Origin: Anolis carolinensis
Taxonomy: Eukaryota
DNA length: 64,000 nucleotides
Direction of reading: 5' to 3'
Assembly: GCF_035594765.1 (NCBI RefSeq)
Contig: NC_085843.1
Coordinates: 9,873,955 to 9,937,954, forward strand
Under the pieces are notes generated by a model that was given only the letters and a program-made list of their open reading frames with translations, was not told the origin of the DNA and ran no database searches. Positions 47,150 to 61,282 of the stretch are shown here, piece by piece; the stretch's first letter is position 1; each line of letters opens with the position of its first letter. The translations under genes were made by a program, and so were the position numbers.

Positions 47150-48344
47150 CTATCAAAAGAAAAAGAAATGCTCTTTAAAAAGCCAGATTGTACACAATTC
47201 ACAAGACGTTGTAACACGGTGTAAAACCTAACTCTGATCAAACTATGCAACACGCATTGAGGCATCTTTTTTCCAGTTTGGGCCCTTTTTACATTTGTTG
47301 GGCTATATTTCCCCTGATTCCCAGCCAGTATGGGCCATTCTCCCTGCCAAACAAAACTGGTATGTTCCATAGTTATGTCCATGCAGAAGGGCAAAAAACT
47401 CACTAAATTCACAAGGGGCAATATTCTGATTCTGATATCTGTTTTAGATATACTGGCTCTTATATTAATCTTTGCTCCTTACTTTCAGGGGATGTCTTAT
47501 TTGTTTATGTACAACAAGAATTTATTCATGTAGAAAAAAATCAACACTTATTCAAATACAGTCATGTCATCTTCTTCTAGAACACTGCCATAATATTATG
47601 TCAAAAATGTTATTTATAGTTAATTATATATTAATATTATTTTTTATAATTCAACGCGCTCATCATGTGTTGCAATGGATGTATTACCAGTAAATGCATC
47701 TGTCTGGCTGATAATATTAATTGGGGAAGTTGACCACAGAGGGTGCACCTACACTATTGAATTAATGCAGTTTGACACCACTTTCACTACCATGGCTCCA
47801 GGTTATGGAATTCTGGGAGTCATAGTCCCCTTGGGGAGAAAGGCAGGGTATAAAAGTAAGTAAACAGGTAAAAAAGTAAATAAATAATAATAGTCTTACA
47901 AGGTTCTATCCTCCTCTGCCAAAGAGTGCTGCTGCTTCACCAAATGACACCTTCCAGGATTCCACAGCCTTGAACCATGGCAGTGAAAGTGGTATCAAAA
48001 CTGCATTCATTCTACAGTATAGAAGCAGACTGAGTCATGTTGGAAGAACTAGAAAATCTTAAAGAGAGGCATTCTCTTAGGTAAGAAAAACCAGCCATTT
48101 CCTTATTTGCAGTTTTTCCACTTTCATGGGGATCCTGTGCTCCTAACCCCAACAAATGTGGAGGAATGACTGTACAACTAAAGTACTCCCTTTGGTTATA
48201 CACAATGGGGAAAATCCCATATCAGAAGATATGACCAAAGACCCATGTACTCCAGGGAATGTTCTTAGGAGTGTTCAACCAGATACATGTGGGTGAATCT
48301 GCCCATGGAGGTCACTCTACATAAAGCCACTTGGCATAAAGTAC

Positions 48345-48488
48345 CTGCTTCCTTAAAGTCTTCAGGGTGGTGCTTTATGTACTCAAACATTTCTCTGTCT
48401 CTGTTTGCGTATGTGTAACTGGCTCGTCTTACAAGATAGTGGCCGAGGTAGAAGCCCACAGAAGCCCACAGGAGTTGCCGATGGACCC
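48345..48488 (-). CDS. NDUFC2: NDUFC2 exon 2
   Basis: [48 protein letters not shown]; 144 bp; tttcag acceptor and gtactt donor, phase 1/1. Confidence 0.95.
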
Positions 48489-50384
48489 CTGAAACACAAC
48501 GAATATACAAATATAAACAGGAAGACTGAGGAATGGCTAGTAAGTTGCCAAACAGACATCAGAGAACAGCATTTCAAATGTTCAGTTCGGTTTTTTAAAA
48601 AAAAAAAGCAACAATGATGAGATTAACTGAACATCAATAAGCACAGCATCAAAACTGGAATGGCAAGCATCACACTAAATCTGTGAATGCTTTCTTGCTT
48701 AGAGAATAGATTCCTAAGAACTTGAATATTCATTCATGGAATCAACTGGCCCCATTCATGTCACTCTCCCCTGAAACCAAAGTCCTCATTAGAGCCTTTG
48801 TGGATTTAACTTTTAACTATGACCACTTCCCTCTACCTTAGGCATGTGCAAACTTTGGCCCTACAGGTGTTTTGGACTTCAACTCCCACAATTACTAACA
48901 GATTGTGAGAGTTAAAATTCAAAACACTTGGAGGGAGGACTGAAGTTTGGCCATGCCTGCTCTACCTCCTTTGTATTCCCCCTCTCATTTTTCCCCTCCT
49001 TCTCTCAGTTTAATTTCTCATCTCCAAAGGCTTGCCACAATCTTCTATAATAAATTAGGCTGTCTGAGAATCCATATCTTCCTAAAGTAACCTACCACAG
49101 ATCTTTACAGAAGGGTTTTCTTTTGGCTAACTACCCTTCCTGGTACACCTGATGCAGATTTAGGAGAGAAGGAGACTCCAGCACAATCCCAGGCAACATA
49201 TTCCACTATCAAACAACTCTTTGAAACCTACAACTCTCATCTGACAAGAAGAACAATTTTCAGTCTAATAATAAAGTGACTATCAGTGTAGTGTAGTGGC
49301 TTGAGTGTTGAACTAGGATATTGAAAAACCATGGTTCAAATCTCTGCTCGGCCATGGAAACCCACTGAGTGAAATCGGACAAGTCACACTTTCTCAGCCT
49401 CGGAGAACAGAAAAGGCTAAACTTCTCTGTACAAATCTTGCCAGGAAAACATTGTAAGTCAAAAATGACTTGAAGACAGACAACAATTATATCTGAAGCT
49501 CCCAACTATGTAAGATGATTTTTGGCCCTGCATTATAATGTCATTTCCTAATTGGTTTGATCATGAAAACATGGGAAAAGTTTAATAAACTGCAAAAACT
49601 TTGTTTTCTTGTGGGACATTCTGCAGCACATTTTTATAGCTTTTCAATCTCATAGAGTCTCAACCAATTCAATATAGTTTGTGGCAACCACAAAAGCAGA
49701 GTTTCTGGAGTAGAAGAACTATTTTCAAAGTAAGTAGTGGTTTTCAAACCAGGAACGTATTTTTTTTAGTATTATCAGAGAAGCTAACTCTCATAGAGTC
49801 ACTTTGGGTGAGAAAGGTGGGGTAAAAATGTTGTAAATAAATAAATAAAATAGAGTTGGAATAGACCGCGTGGGCCATCTAGTCCAACCCCCTGCCATCC
49901 AGGAACGCACAAAGTATCCTGACAGATGGCCATCCAGCCTGTTTAAACATTTCCAAGGAAGGAGCTTCCATTGGACTCAGAGGCAGAGAGTTCCACTGCT
50001 GAACAGCACTTCTTATAGTCAGGAAGTTCTTCCTTACATTCTTCTTTCCTCATATTTGAACCCATTGCTCCATTAAGCCCTGATTTCCAAAGCAGCAGAA
50101 AGCAAGCCTGTTCCCTCTTCCTTATGACACTCTTTCACATATTTATACATGGCTCTCACATCTCTTCTCAACCTTCTCCTCTGCAGGCTAAATATACCCA
50201 GTTCTTTAAGATGCTCCTCATAGGATTCATGGGAATTCATGTTCCTTTTAGTTACCCTCCTCTAGACACCTTCCAGCTTGCAACACAGAAAAAATGAAAT
50301 GCAAAGATACAGAATGGGTGACAACTGGCTCGACAACAGAGTGAGAAAGATCTTGGAGTCTTTCTGGACAACAAAAGTGTGATT

Positions 50385-50920
50385 CAGCAGCAGGCTGAAT
50401 AAAGGCCTAAACCGTTCTGGCCCAGCTTACTTGACTGAATGTATCACCTTTTATAAACCACCTAGGAGATTAAGATCATCAGGGGAGGCCCTGCTCTTGG
50501 TCCCGCCTCTTTCGCAGGCACGTCTGATGGGAACGAGAGACAGGGCCATCTCAGTGGTGGCCCCTCAGCTGTGGAACTCCCTCCTCAAAGATATTAGAGC
50601 AGCTCCCTCCCTCTTTGCCTTCAGAAGAAAAGTGAAAACCTGGCTCTGGGGTCAAGTCTTTGGAAATTAACTACAGTGCAATAATAATTACGAAATATGT
50701 GCAATGATTCTTGACGTTTCGCCCCAGATTACGATTCTGGATGACGCAATTTTAATAATGATTGTAATGTTTATATGTTTTAATGTGAATTTGTAACTTT
50801 AATTTTTAAATTTAACTTAAATGTATTTGTCTGTTATGCAAAGGCATCAAATAGTTGCCGATGTAAAGCCTTGAGTCCCCTTTGGGGTAAAGAAAGATGC
50901 AATATAAAGAGTAGATAAAT
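50385..50920 (+). mobile_element. L2 LINE 3' fragment
   Basis: PRRLRSS...RAISVVAPQLWNSL...FRRKVKTWL, typical of the L2 ORF2 end. A second copy lies at ~60505-60898(-). Confidence 0.8.
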
Positions 50921-50921
50921 A

Positions 50922-52365
50922 TGTGCTGTTGAAGGCTTTCATTGCCAGTCTCACTGAGCTGTTGTGCGTTTTCGGGGCTGTATGGCGATGTTCCAGAAGC
51001 ATACTCTTTTGACGTTTCGCCCACATCAATGGCAGGCATCCTCAGAGGTTGAGGGGTCTGTTGGAAACTAAGCGAGTGAGGACATATCTGTGGAATGTCC
51101 AGGGTGGGGGAAAAAACTCTAGTCTGCTTGAGGTATGTATGAATGTTGCTATTTGCTACCTTGATAAGCATTTAATGGCCTGCAATTTCAAGGGCTGGCT
51201 GGTTTGCAGATGTTTTTTGCCTACAACACCCAGAAATCCCAGCCAGTTTACCAGCTGTTAGGAAGTCTGGGAGTTCAAGGCCAAAACATCTGGGGACCCC
51301 AGGTTAAGAACCACTGCACAAGCACATGGACAATTTCAACAGAAAGGGGGAAACCATGAAAATGAACAAAATCTGGCCAGCAGTATTAAAAAAAACTCTA
51401 GTATCAGGAAAATAAATAAAGAGCAAGACTCAAAAAGTAGGGGAATTCCAGACAAGAATAAATCAGGGCCAGCTTTTCTTTCATGTCAGGAGTGACTTGA
51501 GAAACTCCAAGTTGCTTCTGGTGTGAGAGAATTGGCTGTCTCCAATGATGTTACCTGGGGACACCTGGATGTTTTTTTTTTTAATCATCCTTCTGGGAGG
51601 CTTCTCTCATGTCTGCACATGGAGCTGGAGATGATAATGGGAGCTTATGCGTGCTCTCCCCGGGTTGGATTCAAACCGGCAATCTTCAAGTCAGCAACCA
51701 ACCTTCAAGTCATCAGTCCTGCCGGCACAAGGATTTAATCCACTGCGCCAGCTAACACCTCCCAACAAAGCATTCCCCCAGGCAGCAACCAGTCAGGCCT
51801 TGAAACTGCAGGCCATTAAATGCTAATCAAGGTGGCAAATAGCAACATTCACTCGTAACTCAAACGGACAAGAGTTCTTTTCCCCAACCTGGACATTCCA
51901 CAGATATATAAACATTTATGTGTTTTAAATGCAATTTTTATACTTGCATTGTTGTTTTAATTAATATATTGTATTACTGTTTTATCTTTTTTATATTGTG
52001 ATTTGTTTTATGCTGCTTATATTTTGTCTTTATGTTGTTTGGGCCTCTGCCCCATGTAAGCTGCCCCGAGTCCCCGCGGGGAGATGGTGGCGGGGTATAA
52101 ATAACATTTTATTTATTATTTATTAAACATCACTCACCTACTTTTCAACAGACCCTCAACCTCTGAGGATGCCTGCCATAGATGTGGGTGAAACATCAGG
52201 AGAGAATGCTTCTGGAACATGGCCATACAGCCCCCAAAATTCACAACAACCCAGTGATTCCGGCCATGAAAGCCTTCGAAAACACATATTTCTGTATTTA
52301 TCTACTCTTTATATTCCGCCTTCTGGAACATGGCCATACAGCCCCGGAAAACTCACAGCAACCCA
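50922..52365. mobile_element. Penelope pLTR pieces interrupted by a hAT MITE, a tRNA-SINE and an L2-type tail
   Basis: pLTR motifs at 50922-51200, 51317-51473, 51750-51910 and 52130-52365. Confidence 0.7.
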
Positions 52366-52959
52366 ATTACAGTAGAGTCTGACTTATCCAAGACTTGCTT
52401 ATCCAAGCTTCTGGATTATGCAAGCCATTTTTGTAGTCAATGTTTTCAATATATCGTGATATTTCGGTGCTAAATTCGTAAATACAGTAATTACAACATA
52501 AGATTACTGCGTATTGAACTACTTTGTCTGTCAAATTTGTTGTATAACATGATGTTTTGGTGCTTAATTTGTAAAATCATAACCTAATTTGATGTTTTAT
52601 AGGCTTTTCCTTAATCCCTCCTTATCCACGATATTCGCTTATCCAAGCTTCTGCCGGCCCGTTTAGCTTGGATAAGTAAGATTCTACTGTAATAAATAAA
52701 TTCTGTTTCGGTTAGACCTCTTTACCTGGAAGAAGACTGCGTCCAATTCTGGGCAAAGCAATTCAAGAGAGATATTGACTCTAAACTGGAAAGAGTTCAG
52801 AGGAGGGCAACTAAAAGGATCAAAGGCCTGGAGGACATGAATAATCCCTATGAGGAGCGTCTTAAAGAGCTGGGCCTGTTTAGCCTGCCGGGGAGATGGC
52901 TGAGAGGAGAGACATGAGAGGAGCCATGTATCAAAAGGTGAAAGGCCTGCTCCACACAG

Positions 52960-53380
52960 AAGCCTGGCTCGGTCTGCCCGCCCGCCCGCCTACGCGAGGC
53001 CCGACTGACCGCATCCCAGGACGGGCCTCCGGTTGAGGGCGTTGTCACCCAGGGAGGCGATCCAGCCCATGAGGCCTCCCCAGATGGAGCCATGGTTGAG
53101 CAGCGGCGGAGGCGGCAGCGAGTGGACCTCGTCCGGCAGCCGAAGGAACAAGACCATGGCGGGTCCTTCCCAGGCCAAGGACGAGGGATGGGGTCCGTCC
53201 CCTAACACTGCTCCCCTCGCAACGCGCGCCGCCAGCACAAACGTTCCGCCGCTTTTAGTTCCGCCCTGGCTGGATCTGTCAGGACAAAGCGGCTTCCCCA
53301 ACACAAAAGGCCCGTCTTGTAATACCGTCTCCCTCGCAGCACGCGTCCCTAGCACGAAGGTTCCGGAGATATTTGGTTCC
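52960..53380. promoter_or_regulatory. CpG island over the NDUFC2 promoter and exon 1
   Basis: Markedly GC- and CpG-rich segment in an otherwise AT-rich window; overlaps the NDUFC2 start. Confidence 0.8.
53010..53157 (-). CDS. NDUFC2: NDUFC2 (complex I subunit B14.5b) exon 1
   Basis: gccATGG start; LPDEVHSLPPPPL...DNALNRRP matches the NDUFC2 N-terminus; donor G|gtcagt (phase 1); lies in a CpG island. Confidence 0.93.
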
Positions 53381-54593
53381 CACTGCTTGCAGAAGATTGT
53401 AAAGATATCCAACTTGCAAGTTTGGAAATCTTAGTCAGTTTGAGACTCAGGCCTGGGCAACCTTGGGCCCTCCAAGTGGTTTGGACTACAACTCCCACAA
53501 TTCCTAACAGTCGATAGGCTGTTAGGAATGGTGGGAATTGTAGTCCAAAACACCAGGAAAACCTAAGTCGGCCTGAAGGAGACGTAGTTTCAAACGGGAT
53601 TTTCATGGATGCTTCCAATTATTGTAAGTCCCATATGTCTTGATTTGCAGAGGCCTTTGTCTGCATTAACTCTGATACAGTAGTCTCACTTATCCAACAT
53701 TTTGGATTATCCAACGCATTTTTGTAGTCAATATTTTCAATACATCATGATAATTTGGTGCTAAATTCGTAAATACAGTAGAGTCTCACTTATCCAAGCC
53801 TCGCTTATCCAAGTTTCTGGATTATCCAACACATTTTTGTAGTCAATGTTTTCAATAAATCATATTTTAATGCTAAATTCGTAAATACAGTAATTAAAAC
53901 ATAACATTACTGCGTATTGAACTACTTTTTCTGTCAAATTTGTTGTATAACATGATGTTTTGGTGCTTAATTTGTAAAATCATAACCTAATTTGATGTTT
54001 CATAAGCTTTTCCTTAATCCGTCCTTATTATCCAAGATAATTGCTTATCCAAGCTTCTGCTGGCCCGTTTAGCTTGGATTAAGTGAGACTCTACTGTAAT
54101 TACTACATAGCATTATTGTGTATTGAACTACTTTTTCTGTCAAATTTGTTGTATAACATGTTTTGGTGCTTAATTTGTAAAATCATAACCTAATTTGATG
54201 TTTAATATGCTTTTTCTTAATCTCTCATTATCCAACATATTCACTTATCCAAGGTTCTGCCGACCCATTTACGTTGGATAAGCGAGACTCTACTGTATTT
54301 GGAGAAAGAGCTGCCACAGGGATGAGTTCATCAGAGTATAACTGGCTGGATAGTACACTCTAATTTCACAGCCGCTTGAAATTTGTGCTAGAGTCAGGAA
54401 AGAGATAAAACTGAGCCATAAACACTTTCCAATTAAGTGCTCAGGGTCAGAGACATGAAAGACCAATGATTGTGCCATTGTTAGCCATCACCTGTTTGCC
54501 TTCCTGCTTGTTAGAATCATAGAGAGCCAATGAAAGTTTGTATTAGCCAGCTTAGACCAATGAGATAATTGGTTTTTGTACACCAATAAGAAT

Positions 54594-55510
54594 ATGTGTT
54601 GTCGAAGGCTTTCATGGCCAGGATCACAGGGTTGTTGTACGTTTTCCGGGCTGTATGGCCGTGTTCCAGAAGTATTATCTCCTGACATTTTGCCCACATC
54701 TATGGCAGGCATCCTCAAAGGTTGTGAGGTTTGTTGGAAACTAGGTAAGTGAGGTTTATATACAGCCCAGAAAACATACAACCAATTGAGAATATGCTTG
54801 CGATTTTCTGTAAAAGTGATTAAAAACTCTTGCAACTGCATTTTGAGGTTGCAACAGACCTTTTATGCTCTGGGCATTCTGCCGACTATTGCTTGGCCCA
54901 AAATAAACAGCGCCTGCAGTTGAAATTCAACTTGTGGCGTACTTTCCTTTACATTGCCCTCTCGAGCACAGGGGACTCCTGACATTTTGCAGAGTGCTGG
55001 AGTGCCAGTGGGTCATGGCCCATGTCTGGCTTAGGCTACGCCAGCTGATAATTTAAATTTAATTAAAATCCACCAACATGTGGACAATTTCAAGAGAGAG
55101 GAGGAAACCATGAAAACGAACAAAATCCAGCCAGCAGTATTAAAAATCACCAGAAGCAAGACAGTAAATAAGGAACACTACTTAGAAACAGAACTCCAGA
55201 CAGGAAACAATCAGGGCCAGCTAACACCTCCTAACAAAGGAGTTCCCCAGGCAGGAAGCAGTCAGGCTCTGAAGCTGCAAGACTTGTGAATGCTAATAAA
55301 GGAGGCCAATTGGAACATTGACACTTGCCTCAAGCAGACAAGAGTTCTTTCTCCTACCCTGGACATCATTCCACAGATACATACACTCCACTTACCTCAT
55401 TTCCAACATAACTCACCATCTCTGAGGATGCTGGCATAGATGTGGGCGAAACGTCAAGAAGGAATGCTTCTGGAACATGGCCATACATCCTGGAAAACTC
55501 ATGGCAACCT
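54594..55510. mobile_element. Penelope pLTR fragments
   Basis: Minus pLTR 54594-54780 and plus tail/pLTR 55068-55510. Confidence 0.72.
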
Positions 55511-57916
55511 AATTTACATTTATTTAATATTAATTAAAATAAATTATTGGCAGTTTTGGCAGCACAGGAGCAGAATGAACTAAGAGGGTGACAAGGTCAG
55601 TTTTTTCCTACCTGAATTAAGGTTTATCTCTAACTCTTTAATCATTCCCCAAGTTTCTAATGTTGTTATTCCTGATTTAAGGGTTTGTCATTCCAATGGT
55701 AAGCTCCATTCTCACATCATGTCTATAGCATATAACATATGGGCTTGTCTTTGTTATCAAAGTTGGTGCTTTCTTTTCTGCTGCTCAACTGCCCAAGACT
55801 ATCCCAGAACTTACCATTCAGCCACAATAGACCATGTTCATTCCGTTACTGGTGGAGAACAGGAAGATAGATGAACAAGTCAAGTCCTTACAGCTAAGGC
55901 ATAAGCAAACCCCAGCCTTCCAGGCATTTTGGACTTCAACTCCCATAATTCCTAACAATCAGTGGGCTGCTAGGAATTATGGGAGTTGAAGTCCAAAACA
56001 CCTGGAGAGCCCATGTTGGCCCATGCCTGGCTTACACTAAGCATATGAGAAAACTAACATAATTGTAGGTTGTATGGAAGTATTAGTCATATACCACACT
56101 AGGTGTTCCTAGGCAAGACTTTTTTTTGAAAAACTAATAGCTAAGGAATAGTAAATCTTTTATTTGTATCCCGCTTTTCTCCCACAAAGCGGCTTACAAC
56201 ATATTAAAAAAAACACAAGTCCAAAATAATCAGCATATATTGTATGAAAATACAATATATACAATATAGGAATAACACAAAAAAGATTGTGTTCTTATAG
56301 TACAACAAAGAGTTCGGCATGTTTCAGCAACTTCTTATTCAAAACTAAGAATACGTGTGTGTAAAGTGAAACAACAGTCAGGTAAATAAATGAATAAATA
56401 AAATCATTTTGAAGTTTTTAGACCTTGAAAATTCAGTCATTAATTACTTTCCCAAGGTTTCACTTTTTTCATGATTTTTATTTTGGTATCCAAACTGAAG
56501 GTGTATAGGAATTACAATCTGGTGAGGCTCCAGCACTTTTTGGCAGAGGCGGCCAAGGACTTTGTAAAACTATAACTTCCAGGAATCCATGTAAGCCATG
56601 ATAGTTACAGTGGTTTCAAACTGCATTAATTCTACAGATGGTTCCTTAGATTATGTGTCAACATTCTATTTGGCCCTCCAGAAGGTAGACTACAACTCCT
56701 GTATTCCTCTTCATTAGACATCATGACTAGAACTGATGAGAGTTGGGATACAGAACATCTGGAATGCTGCAGTTTGCAGTTTAGTCAGGAGTGTGAATTT
56801 AGTAAGGCTTGCAGAAATGTCTAGTTTTAAAATGTCCTTTAACTGAGCCACAAATGCTGTTGGGTTGCATTTCCCATTATCCCCAGTCCACATGGTGGAT
56901 AATCCAGTGATTGAAGTTGTCATTCAATATCATCTGGGGGCCTTGTTTCCATGGATCTCTGTCCACGGCCCTTTAAAGGTAACCAGAAGGCTGATGTGGC
57001 CCTCCATGAAAACGAGTTTGACACCTCTGTTATAGATCAGTGTTGTTTTTTTTAACGTGATAGAGATAGCTGGCAAGACAGGATTACTCACTTTCTCCTT
57101 TTCTCTTTGTTCTGCTTTCCCCACATGTTCAGTAAGGGATCCTTGAGATAGCTGATGTTTACCATACCATTGCAGGGTACAACATCAGTTAGAGAATCCC
57201 ATTTTCGTCCAGCTCAAGCAATTCAGGCACCAGTAGAAAACCTCTTTCAGAAGCATTTAGAATCAGTACTTAACCCTTGATTTTCTTTCCTAGATTGCTG
57301 CTTCAGGGGCATGTGTTTTGAATTATGGCGTTACAATAGAAAGTAATTTAAACCATTTTTTTTCAGCAATTGCTATTTTGTAGCATGAATATTCTGTAGG
57401 CTATCATGGCTGCAAAAATTGAAATAAATCTATGTTCAATTAGACAATTTGTCTTCTGAGAATGTAAGTGGAAATACATCGCAAGAGGTATCTTCAATTA
57501 AGATTTTTCTAACATGCAAATATATAGAAAAATTATTTAATTTACACTTTTCCCTGTGCATGATTGTGATTCAATTTCTTTTCTTTACAAATCATGAGCA
57601 AAGATTTGGCAACCAGTATTTGGCACACATGAATTTAAGGTTAAGAATTCAATTTTAAAAAGTTAAAGTTCTTTTGTAAACAAGGTTTCTTCCATCAGAT
57701 GCTCATTTCATAAAGGAACTGTCCAGGCTTCTTTGAGTATTTTGCAGTCCACTTTCTTGCTTGAAAGCCCTTAAAGAAACATAAGCCATCTGTAGAACAA
57801 GGTGTGATATTGATAAAAGAACAGCCCAATGATCCTGAGCGTCAGACACAGCTTCAGTTAGACCTGGATCATTTTCTGGAAGGATCCCTGTGGACTCTGT
57901 CCATTTGTAAACATTA

Positions 57917-58148
57917 TTACTCTTTCTTTTGCCTGAAAGTCAATGGTCCCCTGAAGACAGAGATGTAGAGTTTGAGCCAGGCATACATGATGCCCAGAGC
58001 ACAATATACAGAGATGAGCATTAAAGGCAGGAAGGGAAACTTTGATATCCAGGCCGTGAAAGGAAACACAATTTCACATAAAATTTCAAGAGGGAGCAAA
58101 CCAAGGAGGTAGAGAGTTTCCAGCCAGTTAAGCAGAGGCCCTTCTTTC
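57917..58148 (-). CDS. ALG8: ALG8 glucosyltransferase, last coding exon
   Basis: [58 protein letters not shown]...RQKKE*, the ALG8 C-terminus with a dilysine-like end; ctatag acceptor. Confidence 0.95.
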
Positions 58149-58728
58149 CTATAGTGAGAGAGAAAGGAGTGGGGATGGGGCAGAGAAAGTATTTTTAATA
58201 TATTTTCAATACACTGCTGTTTTCTACAGGCAACAGTAAATATAGTACAACCTATCTGCCTCCAACAAAATGGGTTCTCCTAAGGAATTGTCTAGATCCT
58301 CCAGACAATTTTATGCTATTTTCTGCTGGAAGTTACCATAACTGCTTTAGAGGACCTAGCATATTCCTAAAGAAGTTTAGGAACACATTGCGTATGGAAA
58401 TGGGGAATCATACGGTATACACAAACATGTTTACAAGTTTTTTTTAAAATCACCTTGATGTTTTAATAGCTTATCAAGCGTCACTACAACTGCAATTGTA
58501 TAACAATCTACTACTGGCCCTTGAACAATAGTGGGATGTACTTTTCAGTAAACATCAGTAAAGATTAATCTGCACACCTACTGTTTTATGTGAAGGAAAA
58601 TCCTATGACCCTCACCAGAGCTTACGGAAACAACCAAGGGATTAGAGAGTAGGATATGCACAACCTGATTATTCCAGAAATCTGGAAAACCATCTCCTCT
58701 TAGTCTGTACAATTTATTTATTCATTAC

Positions 58729-58801
58729 CTGAATAAGGTCTTCAGTGAAGAGAAGCTGTACACTGTGAAAAGCAGCATGAGCAGTATTTTAATGGGCAAT
58801 T
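58729..58801 (-). CDS. ALG8: ALG8 penultimate exon
   Basis: ELPIKILLMLLFTVYSFSSLKTLFR; 73 bp; tttcag/gtaatg splice sites; phases fit the neighbouring exons. Confidence 0.93.
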
Positions 58802-60372
58802 CTGAAATACAAAGAAAGGATGGCAAACTTTTATGAGCCAGCTTAATTTACATTTGGGATAAATTAAAAGCTTTGAAAGAGGGGGTTCTTTTGTTTTCTG
58901 ATTATCTGTAGCATAGTATGCATATACCAAGAAAAAGCACCTGCTGCTGTTTTTATAAACACCTATATAGGTACAAGCTCAAAAGTTCTGACAGTCTAGC
59001 CCATTTTTTATTCTGCCCAGCCCTGCCCTATTTTTTTTCTTCTTTTATTTTTTGCTTAGCTAGAATTCTTAAAAGCACTGGCATTGGGAGGATGGGGAAA
59101 GAGGGTTACAGAAACACAGGCTTTCAAAATCAAGTTGCAGCATCATGTCTGTATTAAACAGCGCAATAAAACAAAGCTTGAGCTGGGAAAGAATGGGATT
59201 CAACTTCAGCCAGTCCCACTATATGTGAGGTAAACAGAACCTTTACAAAGCACGTGCGAACAGCAAAAATAGAAAGGAGAGCAGACAAGCCCTCCTTTTC
59301 CAGCTAACTCCGCCATTTAAAAATCTGCAAATCTGACTATCAAAATGTAAGTCACAAGAAAAGTAGAAGATGATGAAAGTGATCTCCAGTTTTTCCCTAT
59401 GGCACATTTTCCATTAAAGGAATAATGCCCAGGAACACATCCACTTAATAAACTGAGAGATAACCTGTATTAAATATTTCAAAAAATAATGGGTTCCTGA
59501 ATTGTTGCCTTTTAATGTAAAAGGTTGCAGCTACATCAAGGAAATAGCCCTATGTTACTTATTTTTCAGTACAAAGTTAAGTGGGTCATGCTGTTACACT
59601 TATTTCCTGCTCTTTTCTTTAATGAACTCAATCCACTCTTCCACTTGATTCATCCAACAATCCTATAAGATAGGTCAGCAAGTATTAACTGGCCCAAGTC
59701 TCCTGGAGTTTCACGGCTCAGTGCAGATTAAATTCTGCCTTTCCCAAATTCCCTCAAACCTCTACACTTTACTGCCCTTTGTTGTCTTTATGCTGCATAG
59801 AGAGGCAGCAAACTCTACCTTTTAAGCTCTTCAAAAGTGAGATATGGACTCATGGGTCCCACTTTGTAGTTTTATCTTTTAAGTCATGCTACCAGTTTAC
59901 TAGGTGAAGTATTTTGGAAGTAAGCATTTCTACAATGAAAAGAAGCCGTATTACGGAATACATTTGTGGAAACCTTAACACTATTTTTAGGATTACAGAA
60001 GTAGAAATACTTGCCTAATAAGGGAAAGAAGAAAAGCCATTTGTTTCCTAAAGATCAAGTAGACAGAATATATTGTAAAGAACAAAAATAACTTTCTAGC
60101 CTTGCCTCGCATTTTAGTGCAAATAATGTTCAATCCAGGAAGTGGCAGAATATCAGAACAAAGGTTAGGCCTAAGCTAGTAGCCAAGGTCATGACCTCTT
60201 TCCTTCCTTTCTATATGTTATGCATAACCAGTAAAGACGAGTAATCTTTTTCTGACCTCATCTTTCAATGTGGCTTGGAAAACCTGCTTTCTGGCCCACC
60301 ACCAAACCACTGCCTTAACAAAGTCAAGATGTATTTGAGGCAAACAGTGTGAAAAGGGGTGAAAAGACTTAC

Positions 60373-60470
60373 CTGGAGCTGTGAACAGCAGGGGGAAGAG
60401 GGAAAGATGTCCTGTAGTAGCCAGGATTAGATAGACACCAGCATCTCTTGACTTCTCCACAGACAGTAAA
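60373..60470 (-). CDS. ALG8: ALG8 exon
   Basis: [32 protein letters not shown]; 98 bp; ttttaaag/gtaagt. Confidence 0.93.
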
Positions 60471-61142
60471 CTTTAAAAGAGAGACAGAGGAGTGTTTGGA
60501 AATAATAATAATAAAACTTTATTTATACCCCGCCACCATCTCCCCGCAGGGACTCGGAGGAGCTTACATGGGGCAGAGGCCCAAACAACATAGGACAAAA
60601 CATAGGCAACATAATACAAATCACACTATAAAAAGATAAAACAGTAATACAATATATCAATTAAAACAAAAATACAGGATAAAAAACTGCATTTAAAACA
60701 CATAAATGGTAAAATCGTAATAAATACGGGATAGATTATTAAAAACCCTCTGGGGCTGATTAATTAATGACTGTATCTCCAAAGGCCTGCCGAACCATCC
60801 AAGTCTTCAGTTGTTTCCTGAAGGAAGGTAGAGAGGGAGCCAACCTAATCTCCCTGGGAGGGAGTTCCAGAGTTGGGGAGCCACGGCCGAGAAGGCAGCT
60901 ACCACTGAAGAGGGGGCAAGTTCATTTTCTGCTGTACAAGCAACTAGGATATGGAGTAATCGCTTCAAGCCACAGGAAAAATCTACCTGAGTCCCCTTTG
61001 AGGTGGAGATAGAGCGGGGCAAAAACATAGTAAATAAACAAACACAGAAAGAACTTCCTGATAGAAAGAGCTACTGGACAATGGGACTGTGGAAGACAGC
61101 TGGCCCTCAAATGCAACCTGAGCCCCTCTCCCGCACTCTTAC

Positions 61143-61282
61143 CTCAAAGGGAGTATGACAAGGAGAATTGCTTTCTCATGAACGTGCCAGCCGAACATGA
61201 AGGAGGTCAATGCACAGAGAACCAAGCACCGCAGGAAGCCTCGGGGCCCTTGGGGTTTAAACCAAAGACAGAAAACAGAGGG
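61143..61282 (-). CDS. ALG8: ALG8 exon with the HVHEKA motif
   Basis: [46 protein letters not shown], the ALG6/ALG8 signature; 140 bp; tttctag/gtaaga. Confidence 0.96.

Noticed and set aside
4915-48345. NDUFC2-KCTD14 read-through fusion as annotated in human
   Set aside because: No evidence from sequence alone; the NDUFC2 donors are phase 1 and the KCTD14 acceptor is phase 0, so there is no in-frame fusion.
53244-53366. GABP/ETS sites in the NDUFC2 promoter
   Set aside because: The GGAA cores are followed by C rather than G/T, a poor match to CCGGAAGT.
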